The notes beneath the pieces are model-generated. The model was not told the DNA's origin. It saw nothing but the letters and a program-made list of their open reading frames with translations, and searched no databases. From the IMG/VR virus record IMGVR_UViG_3300043099_000071: a DNA stretch of 64,000 nt. One strand, 5' to 3'. The translations under genes were made by a program, and so were the position numbers. Source of the DNA: an uncultured virus (IMG/VR IMGVR_UViG_3300043099_000071). Taxonomy: Duplodnaviria; Heunggongvirae; Uroviricota; Caudoviricetes. Below, in pieces: positions 44,293 to 56,637 of this stretch (the first letter of the stretch is position 1; each line of letters starts with the position of its first letter).

Positions 44293-45017
44293 TGGCCTAC
44301 AAGACTACAGCTACGACAGACTTCAACCTCGACCTCAACACGATTATCGAAGAGGCGTTCGAGCGTTGCGGTGCTGAACTGCGTACGGGTTACGACTTCC
44401 GTACGGCCAAGCGTAGTCTTGCCCTGCTCCTGATGGACTGGTCGAACCGGGGCATCAACCTCTGGACGCTGGAAGAAGGCACCAAGACGCTGACCTACAA
44501 TGTCGGCACGTACGACCTTGAGCCTGACACGGTCGATCTTTTGGATCATGTTATTAGGACTGGAAGCGGCACGAACCAGCAGGACATCAACATCTCGCGC
44601 ATTTCATCCAGTACTTACGTGTCCATTCCGAACAAGAATGCGACGGGTCGCCCGATCCAGATCTGGATCAATCGGCGTACGGGTGCTACGGGTGCAGACA
44701 ATGTGGTAGTGAAACCCCAATTTACGGTTTGGCCGAAGCCTGACAACTCGACAACGTGGACGTTGTACTACACGCGGTTGCGGCGGATGTTTGACCCCGG
44801 TACAGGCGTGAATGGGCAAGATATCCCGTTCCGTTTCCTGCCCTGTATGGTTGCAGGCTTGGCTTATATGCTGTCGATGAAGATCCCCGGTGCTGACGCC
44901 CGTGTGCAAATATTGAAGGCTCAGTACGACGAAGCGTGGGATCTCGCGGCGGGTGAGGACCGAGAAAAGGCGGCGGTGCGGTTTGTCCCACGTGAGAGCT
45001 TCTTGGGTGGCTACTAA
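44292..45017 (+). CDS. Head-tail adaptor / tail tubular A-like protein
   Basis: IIEEAFERCG, WSNRGINLW, GRP, WPKPD, PFRFLPC. Confidence 0.7.
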   Translation: MAYKTTATTDFNLDLNTIIEEAFERCGAELRTGYDFRTAKRSLALLLMDWSNRGINLWTLEEGTKTLTYNVGTYDLEPDTVDLLDHVIRTGSGTNQQDINISRISSSTYVSIPNKNATGRPIQIWINRRTGATGADNVVVKPQFTVWPKPDNSTTWTLYYTRLRRMFDPGTGVNGQDIPFRFLPCMVAGLAYMLSMKIPGADARVQILKAQYDEAWDLAAGEDREKAAVRFVPRESFLGGY

Positions 45018-45394
45018 TGCCAAACAGGTTTGCAAGTGGCAAGAACGCAATCGCCATGTGCGACCGGTGCGGGTTTCAATACAAACTGCGCCAGTTGAAG
45101 TCGATTGTGATCAAGACCAAGAACGTGAATATCTTGGTCTGTCCGGAGTGCTGGGAGCCTGACCAACCCCAGTTGTCTCTTGGCCTGTATCCTGTGGACG
45201 ACCCGCAGGCATTACGGAACCCAAGACCGGACACGAGTTATTTTGCGGTCGGTAATGACGGTGCCAATGGTAGCCGTCAGATACAATGGGGTTGGAACCC
45301 GGTTGGAGGGGCGAGTTCTTTTGATGCGGCTCTAACCCCAAATACGCTTACTCCTGCTGGTGAAGTAGGAGATGTAACGGTCGTAGTGACCTAG
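45017..45394 (+). CDS. Zn-ribbon late protein
   Basis: CDRCG...CPECWE, PQL, PRPD. Confidence 0.75.
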   Translation: MPNRFASGKNAIAMCDRCGFQYKLRQLKSIVIKTKNVNILVCPECWEPDQPQLSLGLYPVDDPQALRNPRPDTSYFAVGNDGANGSRQIQWGWNPVGGASSFDAALTPNTLTPAGEVGDVTVVVT

Positions 45395-45403
45395 GAGATC
45401 GAG

Positions 45404-45589
45404 ATGAAGAACGGTATGCGTAAAATCGCCCGAGAAGAGGTGCAGAAGCACGAGAATGTTATGCACAAGGGCGTCAAGAAAATGCGCGCTGGCGGTAAGA
45501 CCAACAGCGAGATGAAGAAGTACGGTCGGAACATGGCGAAGGTGATGAACCAGCGCAGCCCGGTCCGTAAGTCTTCTGGCCCGAAGTAA
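45404..45589 (+). CDS. Small basic protein
   Basis: 61 aa, AGGAG RBS, MRAGG, GRNMAK. Confidence 0.7.
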   Translation: MKNGMRKIAREEVQKHENVMHKGVKKMRAGGKTNSEMKKYGRNMAKVMNQRSPVRKSSGPK

Positions 45590-45594
45590 CCGCC

Positions 45595-45789
45595 ATGAAA
45601 GAACTGAACCCCGGCAAGATCAGGCCGAACACTGACTCGACTGGTGAGAATGGCTATCCTGAAAAGGATGTCAACAAGGGCGTCACCCACATGGATATGA
45701 AGGGTGCTGGCGCTGCCACCAAGGGTAAGAAGTTCGTCTCGCAGATCAATTTGCAGAACAACGGTAAATACCGGACGGGTTGGAGCTAA
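45595..45789 (+). CDS. Small basic protein
   Basis: 64 aa, KGAGAATKGKKF. Confidence 0.65.
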   Translation: MKELNPGKIRPNTDSTGENGYPEKDVNKGVTHMDMKGAGAATKGKKFVSQINLQNNGKYRTGWS

Positions 45790-46427
45790 TGAACTACTCC
45801 CAGCTAACTACACTGATTCAGGACTATTGTGAGTCTACGGAGCAGAGCTTCGTGGCGAACATTCCTACGTTCGTGCAGTTGGCTGAGGAGCGGATCTACA
45901 ATACGGTTCAGATCCCGGCCATCCGTAAAAACGTGACGGGCACGACGAGCAACGGCAACCAATATCTGTCCCTGCCGTCTGATTGGCTCTCGACGTTTTC
46001 GATGGCGGTGATTGATCCTGTGACTCAGGACTACGAGTATCTGCTCAACAAAGATGTGAACTACATCCGAGCAGCGTATCCGCCTCCGACCAGCACGGGC
46101 AAACCTGCGTATTACTCCATCTTTGACAACACGACGATGTTGCTGGGGCCGACCCCAGATGCAGCCTACACAATCGAACTGCATTACTATTACTACCCAA
46201 CGTCGATTGTCGATGCGGGTACGTCGTGGCTCGGTAACAACTTTGAGTCTGTGCTGCTGTACGGTTCAATCCGTGAGGCATACACCTACTTGAAGGGTGC
46301 CGAGGACATGATGGCGTACTACGAGAACAAGTACCAAGAAGCCCTTGGTCAGTTGAAGCGCCTCGGTGATGGCTTGGATCGTCAGGATGCGTACCGTTCT
46401 GGACAAGCTAGGATTCCTGTGACATGA
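45789..46427 (+). CDS. Second adaptor / tail tubular-like protein
   Basis: FVQLAEERI, GKPAYY, GPTPD, LLYGSIREA. Confidence 0.7.
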   Translation: MNYSQLTTLIQDYCESTEQSFVANIPTFVQLAEERIYNTVQIPAIRKNVTGTTSNGNQYLSLPSDWLSTFSMAVIDPVTQDYEYLLNKDVNYIRAAYPPPTSTGKPAYYSIFDNTTMLLGPTPDAAYTIELHYYYYPTSIVDAGTSWLGNNFESVLLYGSIREAYTYLKGAEDMMAYYENKYQEALGQLKRLGDGLDRQDAYRSGQARIPVT

Positions 46428-46672
46428 GCTTCGTAGGCGGATCAGAAATTGGCAGTGTGTTCGTACAAACGACTGATCATCGTGGACACACTGTTGAAGA
46501 GATTGCAGAACGTGCGGCCAACCGCATACTCAGTGCCGACTCAAAGGAAGCACTGCATTATTGGCTAGTGAAGTATCTCAGCGAGGCTCAAGCAGCCGAA
46601 CGTCAGATGATATGTAAGAAACTAGATCAACAAGGTTATGCGGAAATCGCGCACTTAATTGGAGACCTCTGA
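46424..46672 (+). CDS. Hypothetical late protein
   Basis: 82 aa, coupled on both sides. Confidence 0.65.
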   Translation: MSFVGGSEIGSVFVQTTDHRGHTVEEIAERAANRILSADSKEALHYWLVKYLSEAQAAERQMICKKLDQQGYAEIAHLIGDL

Positions 46673-47127
46673 TGGCTATTTCTCAAGCAATGGTAACGTC
46701 GTTCAAGGTCGAGATCCTTGACGGCATTCACAACTTCGGTACCGGCGTCATCCGAGCTTCGACGGCTGCGGATGTGTTCAAGCTGGCCCTCTTCACTTCG
46801 TCGGCTACGTTGAGCGCGACCACTACGGCGTACTCTTCAGCGGATGAGGTCTCTTCGTCCGGTACGAACTACCCGGCGGGTGGGCTAACGTTGACGATCT
46901 CGCAGGTGCCGACTTCTAGCGGTACGACGGCATATATCGACTTCGATGACCTAACCTTCCCGAGCGCGACGATCACGGCCAACGGTGCTTTGATCTACAA
47001 CGCGACTCAGAGTAACAAAGCGGTCGCAGTGCTGGCGTTTGGCGGTGACAAGACTTCGACGGCTGGTAACTTCACCATCCAGTTCCCGTCTCCGACCTCG
47101 ACGACTGCTATTCTGCGTATCGCTTAA
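46672..47127 (+). CDS. Tail structural protein
   Basis: SFKVEIL, FKLALF, YPAGG, GALIYN, FTIQFP. Confidence 0.7.
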   Translation: MAISQAMVTSFKVEILDGIHNFGTGVIRASTAADVFKLALFTSSATLSATTTAYSSADEVSSSGTNYPAGGLTLTISQVPTSSGTTAYIDFDDLTFPSATITANGALIYNATQSNKAVAVLAFGGDKTSTAGNFTIQFPSPTSTTAILRIA

Positions 47128-47139
47128 TAGGAGGGTTAC

Positions 47140-49037
<1,898 letters not shown>

Positions 49038-49041
<4 letters not shown>

Positions 49042-50414
49042 GTACGATTAACGCAGGCTCTACGACACCGACAGCGCTCACGCTGACGGGCAACACTGAC
49101 GGCACCCTAGACCTTGCTACGGGTGGAACCACCCGTATGTTGATTGATGGGTCGGGTAATGTCGGTATTGGGACGGCTTCGCCTTCAACGCTTCTGCACT
49201 TGTCCGGTTCAGCGCCTATCCTTCGATTCACCGACACATCTGGTGACGCATACGCGCAGATAGATTGCGATAGTCCAGATGAAGGCACGATCAGAATTCA
49301 AGCAGACCCCGGTAATGCTGGGGCAAACACGATCATTCGTTTCGACACTGACGGTTCCGAACGGATGCGTATTGACTCCTCCGGCAACGTTGGGATTGGA
49401 ACAAGTTCACCTGCCGGTAGGCTTCACGCACGTTTCGACGCTGGTGTGTCCGATAGCTACACCGGAAAATATATTTTTCAGACGACCGATCAACGGCTCA
49501 CGATTGGAACGTACTGGCAGTCGGGGGTTGGTCAGTACGCAACGATTCAATCTGAATCGGCGTCAAGTGTGGCGCAGAATCTGCTCCTCAACCCTTCCGG
49601 TGGCAACGTCGGTATTGGTCAGTCTTCACCTTCATACAAACTGCAAGTAAACAATGCGTCTGCGTCAGCAACAGCAGATGCCATTACAGTTCAAAATTCC
49701 GGCGTAACTACCACCGGTCACACCGCAGGGATTCGTTTTAAGTACATAGGCGCTGAACCCGCTGCAATTCGAGCTATCTTAACCAACCTCGTTAACGGCG
49801 CAGGCTCTTTAGCTTTTTACACATCAAGCGACGGGAGTGGCGCAAACCTCACCGAGCGGATGCGTATCGCATCTGATGGAACAATAGGCGTTGGCGGCAC
49901 AAACGTATCATCTGTTCGTTTGCTTTCCTATGCCGCAAGCACCGGTAGTGATTCGTGGGCTTTATATGCAAAAAACAGCACTCCAACCGATTTATTCGGC
50001 GTTAGGGGCGATGGGGCTATTTATACCGGTGTTGGTACTCTTTCCCCGTACAACCTGACAACTGGCGCGGCTGCAAATCTTTTTGTTGATGGTGACCGAT
50101 ACATATACCGCTCAACCTCGTCGCTTCGTTACAAGTCAGACGTAGCCGATGCTACACACGGGCTTGCCGACCTGCTGAAACTTCGTAGCGTTACTTATAA
50201 GTCCAAAAACAATGGCGACACCGTATTTGGCGGCTTAATTGCCGAGGAAGTACATGACGCTGGACTGACTGAGTTCGTCTCTTACGACAAGGAAAACCAA
50301 CCGGACGCGATTCACTACGGCAACATGGTGGCTCTGTTGACCAAAGCCATCCAAGAACAGCAGGCAATGATTGACGAACTTAAGGCCAAGGTTGCCGCTC
50401 TGGAGACGAAGTAA
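49038..50414 (+). CDS. Tail fibre with C-terminal intramolecular chaperone (peptidase S74)
   Basis: ERMRIDSSGNVGIGT repeats; SSLRYK, GLIAEEV, KAIQE coiled coil. Confidence 0.88.
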
Positions 50415-51736
50415 TGGCTAGTACAATCAACGCTACTGGTAGTGGCATCGTCCTCACGGGCAGTACTAGTGCTGCATTGAATCTGTTAGTTGGCGGATCT
50501 GCGGCGCTTTCAATCGGTACAGGCGCTACGACGACCATCTCCAACGCCACGATTACTTCGCTCACCATCTCCAACCCGTCCACGTTCCCGGCTGGATCAG
50601 CCTCTGCCCCTGTCATTACAACGACAGGCGACACCAACACGGGCGTGTATTTCCCCGCAGCGGATCAGGTTGCAGTAACGGCGGGCGGTACGGTCGCTGC
50701 TGCGTTTAACACCAATGGGTTGTTTTTCCGTAACCGAATCATCAACGGCGATATGCGGATTGATCAGCGAAATGCTGGGGCTAGTGTAACGTTTGACAAT
50801 AATGTATTCCCTGTTGATAGGTTTAGAGGTTTTACTAACCTGTCTTCTAAAGCAACAGCACAGCAGTCTTCTGTTGTTCCGACTGGTTTTGTAAATTCTG
50901 TTCTTGTCACATCTTCATCTGCATATAGTCTGGCGGCAGGGGATTATTTTGGTATTGGGCAGCGAATTGAAGGAACAAACATTTCCGATTTAGGATGGGG
51001 CACTGCATCGGCACGCGCAGTTACTCTTTCATTTTGGGTTCGCAGTTCTTTAACCGGAACTTTTGGCGGTGCGCTAGGTAACTCAAATGGCACGCGGTCG
51101 TATCCTTTTACATATTCAATTTCTGTTGCAGATACTTGGGAATATAAAACGATTACGGTTCCCGGTGATACAAGTGGGACTTGGTTGACTACAAATGGAT
51201 CTGGTATTCAATTTGTTATTAGTCTTGGGGCTGGCGCAACATTAAGCGGAACGGCAGGAGCATGGGCTGGCGCAAATTATTTCTCCGCAACCGGCGCTGT
51301 CTCCGTCATTAGCACTAACGGCGCAACCTTTTACCTTACCGGCGTCCAACTAGAAACCGGCTCTGTCGCCACTCCGTTTGAGCGTAGACCGTTTGGCACG
51401 GAATTAGCGTTGTGTCAGCGGTATTATTGGAAAGGCGGTAACGGCGCTAGCGGTATTTTTAACAGCGGAACAACCGCAAGATTTGGCGTTACATTTCCAG
51501 TTGTAATGAGGGCATCGCCAACTGTGGCGGCTATTGCTGCGCCAATCATAGCAAACCCAACCGTGTCTGAGGCTCAAACCGGGTCGCAAACAACAGATTT
51601 TCTTGCAACGGCAACAGGCGGCGCTGTTGAAAATTACAGCGCATCAAAAATTCAGTTTGGCGGTTTTTCAAGTGGAGCAGACGGTAGGCCGTGTTCGTTG
51701 TCAAACACTTGTTTGTCGTTTAGTTCGGAATTGTAA
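50414..51736 (+). CDS. Tail fibre / receptor-binding protein
   Basis: NRIINGDMRIDQR, VTLSFWV, GVQLETGSVATPFERR, ELALCQRYY. Confidence 0.85.
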   Translation: MASTINATGSGIVLTGSTSAALNLLVGGSAALSIGTGATTTISNATITSLTISNPSTFPAGSASAPVITTTGDTNTGVYFPAADQVAVTAGGTVAAAFNTNGLFFRNRIINGDMRIDQRNAGASVTFDNNVFPVDRFRGFTNLSSKATAQQSSVVPTGFVNSVLVTSSSAYSLAAGDYFGIGQRIEGTNISDLGWGTASARAVTLSFWVRSSLTGTFGGALGNSNGTRSYPFTYSISVADTWEYKTITVPGDTSGTWLTTNGSGIQFVISLGAGATLSGTAGAWAGANYFSATGAVSVISTNGATFYLTGVQLETGSVATPFERRPFGTELALCQRYYWKGGNGASGIFNSGTTARFGVTFPVVMRASPTVAAIAAPIIANPTVSEAQTGSQTTDFLATATGGAVENYSASKIQFGGFSSGADGRPCSLSNTCLSFSSEL

Positions 51737-51737
51737 A

Positions 51738-51914
51738 ATGTACAAACTAATTGCCGTATTTGATCAATACACTAAAGAAAAAACCAAAGACTTGCTTTGT
51801 CGTATTTCCGACAACGCTTTCATACCATTTGACCCCGCCAACGCCGACTATCAGCAATATCTTGCATGGCTTGCAGAAGGCAACGAGCCGCTGCCGCCGG
51901 ATGAGGAACAGTAA
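51738..51914 (+). CDS. Tail fibre assembly-type small protein (start MYKLI)
   Basis: IPFDPANADYQQYLAWLAEGNEP. Confidence 0.75.
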   Translation: MYKLIAVFDQYTKEKTKDLLCRISDNAFIPFDPANADYQQYLAWLAEGNEPLPPDEEQ

Positions 51915-53536
51915 TGGCTACAATTAACGCCGCCGTTGATGGCATCATACTGACAGCAGATAGCTCTGCTACCTTGAGCCTTGCCACGAGCGGCGTGATA
52001 CGGGCGACTATTGATCCTACTGGTAACATTGGTATCGGTACGACAACCGCATCGTTCAAAATCACCAACAACTTTGACGCTCCTGCTACATGGGGCAACA
52101 ACGCCAACAACTTCATTGAGATGTGGCAGAACAGCGGCACCAATGCGCTTGGTGTTGCAATGGGGGATGACTCCATCGCATCGCTGACTACGAACAACGG
52201 CTACAACCTTGTATTGGCGACAGACGGCGTTGAGCGGGTACGTGTTGCTACATCTACGGGCAACGTCGGTATCGGTAAAACCGCAGCAGCCGGTCGTTTG
52301 CTTGATGTCAACGGCGATGCGTGGTTTAACGGGGTTCGTGTTGGGCGTGGCGCTGGATCAGCTTCAACCAATACAGCCGTTGGCTCTAACGCGCTAACAG
52401 CTAACACAAGCGGAACAGTCAATACGGCGGTAGGTGAGGGTGCTCTTGCATCTAACACAACCGGCTCAGGCAATAACGCCTTTGGCCGCAATGCACTAAC
52501 AGGTAACACAACCGGATATGGAAACGTAGCAGTCGGTAGTAATGATGCAGGCACCCTTGCTCCGATGCAGCTTAACACCACTGGCTACTACAACGTAGCC
52601 ATAGGTAATGGGGCGCTGTATGCAAATACGTCTGGAAACAATAATACCGCCGTTGGTAGAAGCGCATTATTTTCTAATACAACGGGGTCTATAAACACGG
52701 CGATTGGCGGTAATGCGCTCAATGCTAATACCACCGGTTACGGAGGCGTAGCGGTTGGTATCGGAGCACTGCAGTCAAATACCACTGGGTATTACAACAC
52801 TGCGCTTGGCGCAAATGCTTTATTTTCTAATACAACCGGTCTTGTCAACGTCGCTATCGGTCACGCGGCGTTATATAACTGTAACTCATCCTTCAACATA
52901 GCTATTGGTTACTATTCATTAGTCAATGTAACTAGTGGTCAATCAAATACCGTAATCGGTTACTACTCCGGTGCAACTACGACGACGGGCGGGGCTAACG
53001 TATTTTTGGGAGAACAAGCAGGATATTACGCAGTTGGCAATACAACCGGTTCTTACAACACTATCCTTGGCTCATTTAGTTACCAAGCGGCTGCAACTGA
53101 TAACTATGAAATCGTTATTGGTTATAACACCCAAGGCAAAGGAAGCAGCACGGGCTTTATCAACCCGAACGGTGGCGGCGTATACCAAGGCAATAACTCG
53201 TCAAGTTGGTCCACGACTTCGGATCGTCGGCTGAAGAAAAACATCGTCGATAACAACGAGGGTCTTGCCAAGATCAATCAGCTTCGTGTCCGTAACTTTG
53301 AGTACCGCACCGAGGACGAGGTTGATCCGGAACTGCCGAAGACGGCTGCGATTAAAGTACCCGGTGTGCAACTTGGCGTGATCGCGCAGGAGATTCAGGA
53401 AGTCCTGCCTGAGTGCGTGAAGCAAGAATCCACCGGGGTGATGTCGGTAGACTCCGACCGTTTGATATGGCACTTGGTCAACGCCGTGAAAGAATTGTCA
53501 GCCGAAGTCAACGCGCTTAAAGCAAAACTGGAATAG
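51914..53536 (+). CDS. Tail fibre with 14-aa NTAVGxxAL repeats and S74 chaperone
   Basis: Multiple NTA(V/I/L)GxxALxxNTTG units; SDRRLKKNI, GVIAQE, NAVKEL. Confidence 0.88.
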   Translation: MATINAAVDGIILTADSSATLSLATSGVIRATIDPTGNIGIGTTTASFKITNNFDAPATWGNNANNFIEMWQNSGTNALGVAMGDDSIASLTTNNGYNLVLATDGVERVRVATSTGNVGIGKTAAAGRLLDVNGDAWFNGVRVGRGAGSASTNTAVGSNALTANTSGTVNTAVGEGALASNTTGSGNNAFGRNALTGNTTGYGNVAVGSNDAGTLAPMQLNTTGYYNVAIGNGALYANTSGNNNTAVGRSALFSNTTGSINTAIGGNALNANTTGYGGVAVGIGALQSNTTGYYNTALGANALFSNTTGLVNVAIGHAALYNCNSSFNIAIGYYSLVNVTSGQSNTVIGYYSGATTTTGGANVFLGEQAGYYAVGNTTGSYNTILGSFSYQAAATDNYEIVIGYNTQGKGSSTGFINPNGGGVYQGNNSSSWSTTSDRRLKKNIVDNNEGLAKINQLRVRNFEYRTEDEVDPELPKTAAIKVPGVQLGVIAQEIQEVLPECVKQESTGVMSVDSDRLIWHLVNAVKELSAEVNALKAKLE

Positions 53537-53540
53537 TTAA

Positions 53541-54302
53541 ATGCTTGGCTTTACCCCATTTGCAGCGAATCCTTTTGCGGCAGTTATTGCCGGGGATCAG
53601 CTTGTTGATGTAACTGGGGTTGAAGCCGCCGGTCAGCTTGGTACTGTTGTTGTTACGGCAGAAGCCACGATCTTTGCTGTTGGCGTTGAGGCCATCGGCC
53701 AAACTGGCACTGTCGTTGTTGCGGCTGATGCTAATGCTCTGGTCAACGGCGTTGAGGCCACGGGCGAACTTGGTACGGTCACTGTATTCGGTGAAGCCAA
53801 CATCCCAGTCACGGGGGTTGAGGCCACCGGGCAAACCGGTACAGTCCTTGTTGCAGCAAATGCCGATGTATTCGCTGTCGGGGTCGAGGCTACGGGCCAA
53901 CTTGGTACCGTTACCGTCATATCGGAAGCGGTCGTTTTTGCTACGGGGGTCGAGGCTACCGGGCAGCTTGGTACGGTCGAAGTCGTTGGTATTGCCAATG
54001 TCCTCGTCACTGGGGTTGCTGCTACGGGACAGCTTGGCACGGTCACGGTTTCGGCAGATACCGTTGTTCTGGTTTCGGGCGTTAGCGCAACCGGTGCTAT
54101 TGGTCAAGTCCTTGTTTGGGGTAATATTGTTCCGGTTCCAACTGGGCCGTGGACGCCGATTAACGACTCTCAGACCCCGAACTGGAACGCGATCAGTACA
54201 GGACAAGTGCCGGGCTGGACCCCGGTGGATGACTCGCAGACAGTTACATGGACTCCGATTGACGACACACAAACGCCTAACTGGACAGAAATTGCGGCGT
54301 GA
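53541..54302 (+). CDS. Repeat-containing tail protein
   Basis: Eight 22-aa GVEATGQLGTV repeats and 11-aa WTPxDDxQ repeats. Confidence 0.75.
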   Translation: MLGFTPFAANPFAAVIAGDQLVDVTGVEAAGQLGTVVVTAEATIFAVGVEAIGQTGTVVVAADANALVNGVEATGELGTVTVFGEANIPVTGVEATGQTGTVLVAANADVFAVGVEATGQLGTVTVISEAVVFATGVEATGQLGTVEVVGIANVLVTGVAATGQLGTVTVSADTVVLVSGVSATGAIGQVLVWGNIVPVPTGPWTPINDSQTPNWNAISTGQVPGWTPVDDSQTVTWTPIDDTQTPNWTEIAA

Positions 54303-54310
54303 GGTTTTAA

Positions 54311-55570
54311 ATGGCTAGTACATATTCAACTAACCTTGCCATCGAGCTTATTGGTACTGGAGACCAAGCCGGTGCGTGGGGTAACACCACTAACACTAAC
54401 CTCGGTACGCTGATTGAGCAGGCCATCTCGGGCTACGTCACTCAGGCAGTTGCTACGGGTACAGACGTAAGTATCACCATCCCGAACGGTGCGTCGGGCG
54501 TGGCTCGTAACATGTACATCGAGTTGACTGGCACAGGCGGCAGCAATACCAACCTGATCGTCCCAGCCAACAAGAAGCTGTATTTCATCTATAACAACAC
54601 TTCGTCCGGACAAGTTACGGTCAAGGTGGCAGGTCAGACCGGCGTCTCGGTACCCAACGGCGTCAAGACAATTCTGGTCTGCAACGGTACAGACGTTGTG
54701 GACGCGACCTCCTACGTCAACGGGATCAGCGCAAACATCACGACGCTGACGGCTGGCTCAGCCACGATCACCAATCTCCGTGCTACGAGCGCGGTCATCA
54801 CAAGCCTCACGTTGTCCAACCCGCTCGGCGTGGCTCAAGGCGGTACGGGCAGTGCCGCTGCTCCGTCAAACGGACAACTTTTGGTTGGTAACGGTACGGG
54901 CTTTACGCTCAATACCTTGAACGGTGGTCCGGGTGTCGGTATCACCAACGCTGCCGGGTCTATCACGATTACAGCGACGGGTACGGGGTTTATTGCTGCG
55001 GTTAATGCGACTTCACCGCTTCAGTCTGTTGGCACCCAGTCCATTACGATCAGTATTGCATCTAGCACTGGATCAGGTGCCGTTGTTCTTGCGACGAACC
55101 CGACTATCTCCAGCCTGACTCTGACTAATGCTTTGCGTACGGCGCAGGGCGGCACTGGGCTTACTTCTACTCCGACGAATGGTCAGTTATTGATCGGCAA
55201 CGGATCTGGGTTTGCTCTATCGACCCTGACTGCCGGTACCGGTATGACCATTACCAATAACGCTGGCAGCATCACGCTTGCTTCGGCAGGTCTGCCCACG
55301 ATGAACATCGTGTCGGGTACAACTCAAACGGCAGTAGCGAGCAATCACTACGTTTTGACAAATGCTTCAGCAACCACGGTCACATTACCCCTGTCTCCTT
55401 CTGCCGGAGATGTAGTGTGGGTCACGGTGGGTAATGGACGCTCAGACAACGTGATTGCCCGTAACGGACAAAACATTAACAGTATTGCTGAGAACATGAC
55501 GATTGATACCGCATACGCAGGCATCCAACTGCGCTATGCCGACGCCACGAGAGGATGGGTATTTACATGA
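54311..55570 (+). CDS. Tail fibre protein
   Basis: GAWGNTTNTNL start; two GGTG...NGQLLxGNG modules; C-terminal LPLSPSAGD...GW. Confidence 0.8.
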   Translation: MASTYSTNLAIELIGTGDQAGAWGNTTNTNLGTLIEQAISGYVTQAVATGTDVSITIPNGASGVARNMYIELTGTGGSNTNLIVPANKKLYFIYNNTSSGQVTVKVAGQTGVSVPNGVKTILVCNGTDVVDATSYVNGISANITTLTAGSATITNLRATSAVITSLTLSNPLGVAQGGTGSAAAPSNGQLLVGNGTGFTLNTLNGGPGVGITNAAGSITITATGTGFIAAVNATSPLQSVGTQSITISIASSTGSGAVVLATNPTISSLTLTNALRTAQGGTGLTSTPTNGQLLIGNGSGFALSTLTAGTGMTITNNAGSITLASAGLPTMNIVSGTTQTAVASNHYVLTNASATTVTLPLSPSAGDVVWVTVGNGRSDNVIARNGQNINSIAENMTIDTAYAGIQLRYADATRGWVFT

Positions 55571-56217
55571 GTACGCTGACGCAATTTCTTGCTGGAAAAT
55601 TAAAGTCACAGGAATTTTTGTCCTCGGGAACATTTACTGTTCCTGCTGGTGTTACGACTGTCTGGGTCACGATGACTGGCGGCGGTGGTAGCGGTTCTGC
55701 TAATGGTGGCTCTGGGCCGTATAACACTGGCGGTGGAGCCGCTGGTGCTTACTGCGTAAAGCAGGCCGTTGTAGTCACGCCGGGGGCATCAATCACAGTA
55801 ACCATCGGTGCGGGCGGTGCAGCAGTAGCGCAAACAGGCGGCAATAACGTTGAAGCCGAAGGTAACGCTGGTGGGGATACTTCGTTTGGTTCTCTGACAG
55901 TATCTGGCGGTGGTGGCGGGTTTTCTAATCCACGTTCAAATACTGGTGGTGCGACAGGCGGTTATTACATTGGTACTAGCCAAACTGTTGCAGGAAGTTG
56001 CGGAGGAAAACCGGGCGCAGCAGGTAGTTTTTCCACAAGCGGCGGTGCTGGCGGTTTATTTGGTAACGGCGGTTCAGGAAATGTCTCTACTGCAACAGGC
56101 GGCGCGGCAGCAGCTAATTCCGGCGCTGGTGGCGGTAGTGGAAGTACTAACGTGGCAAATGTAAGCGTTAGTGGCGCGGGCGGTTCAGGCCGTTGCATTG
56201 TGGAGTGGATATCATGA
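55567..56217 (+). CDS. Glycine-rich tail protein
   Basis: SGTFTVPAGVT, GGGGSG, GAGGSG repeats. Confidence 0.8.
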   Translation: MSTLTQFLAGKLKSQEFLSSGTFTVPAGVTTVWVTMTGGGGSGSANGGSGPYNTGGGAAGAYCVKQAVVVTPGASITVTIGAGGAAVAQTGGNNVEAEGNAGGDTSFGSLTVSGGGGGFSNPRSNTGGATGGYYIGTSQTVAGSCGGKPGAAGSFSTSGGAGGLFGNGGSGNVSTATGGAAAANSGAGGGSGSTNVANVSVSGAGGSGRCIVEWIS

Positions 56218-56627
56218 TCAAGAATTACGCGATTGTTGAGAACGGCGTTGTAGTCAACGTTGCTGTGTCTGAGTCTGCGCTTGCTCCGAATTGGGTGCAG
56301 AGTGATGTAGCCCAGATTGGCTGGACCTATAACGGGTCAATCTTCAGTCCGCCTGCTCCAGCACCGGATACTAGGCCGCCAATTATTACTCGGCTGGCTT
56401 TCCGTTATCGCCTAACTGATGCGGAATATGTTGGCATTTTGACCGCTGCGAAAACGGACGTTTCTGTGGCCGCATGGGTTGAGACATTCAACATCGTCAG
56501 TCAAGTCAACTTGAACGATCCTCGCACCAAGTCTGGCCTCGACATGATGGTATCGAAAGGACTTCTGACTTCGCAGCGAGAGACTGAGATTCTGACTGCG
56601 CCCGTACAGCCAGACGAAAGGCCGTGA
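56214..56627 (+). CDS. Tail fibre-associated protein
   Basis: YAIVENGVVVN, IGWTY, ITRLAFRYRLT. Confidence 0.7.
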   Translation: MIKNYAIVENGVVVNVAVSESALAPNWVQSDVAQIGWTYNGSIFSPPAPAPDTRPPIITRLAFRYRLTDAEYVGILTAAKTDVSVAAWVETFNIVSQVNLNDPRTKSGLDMMVSKGLLTSQRETEILTAPVQPDERP

Positions 56628-56637
56628 GGTAACTGCC

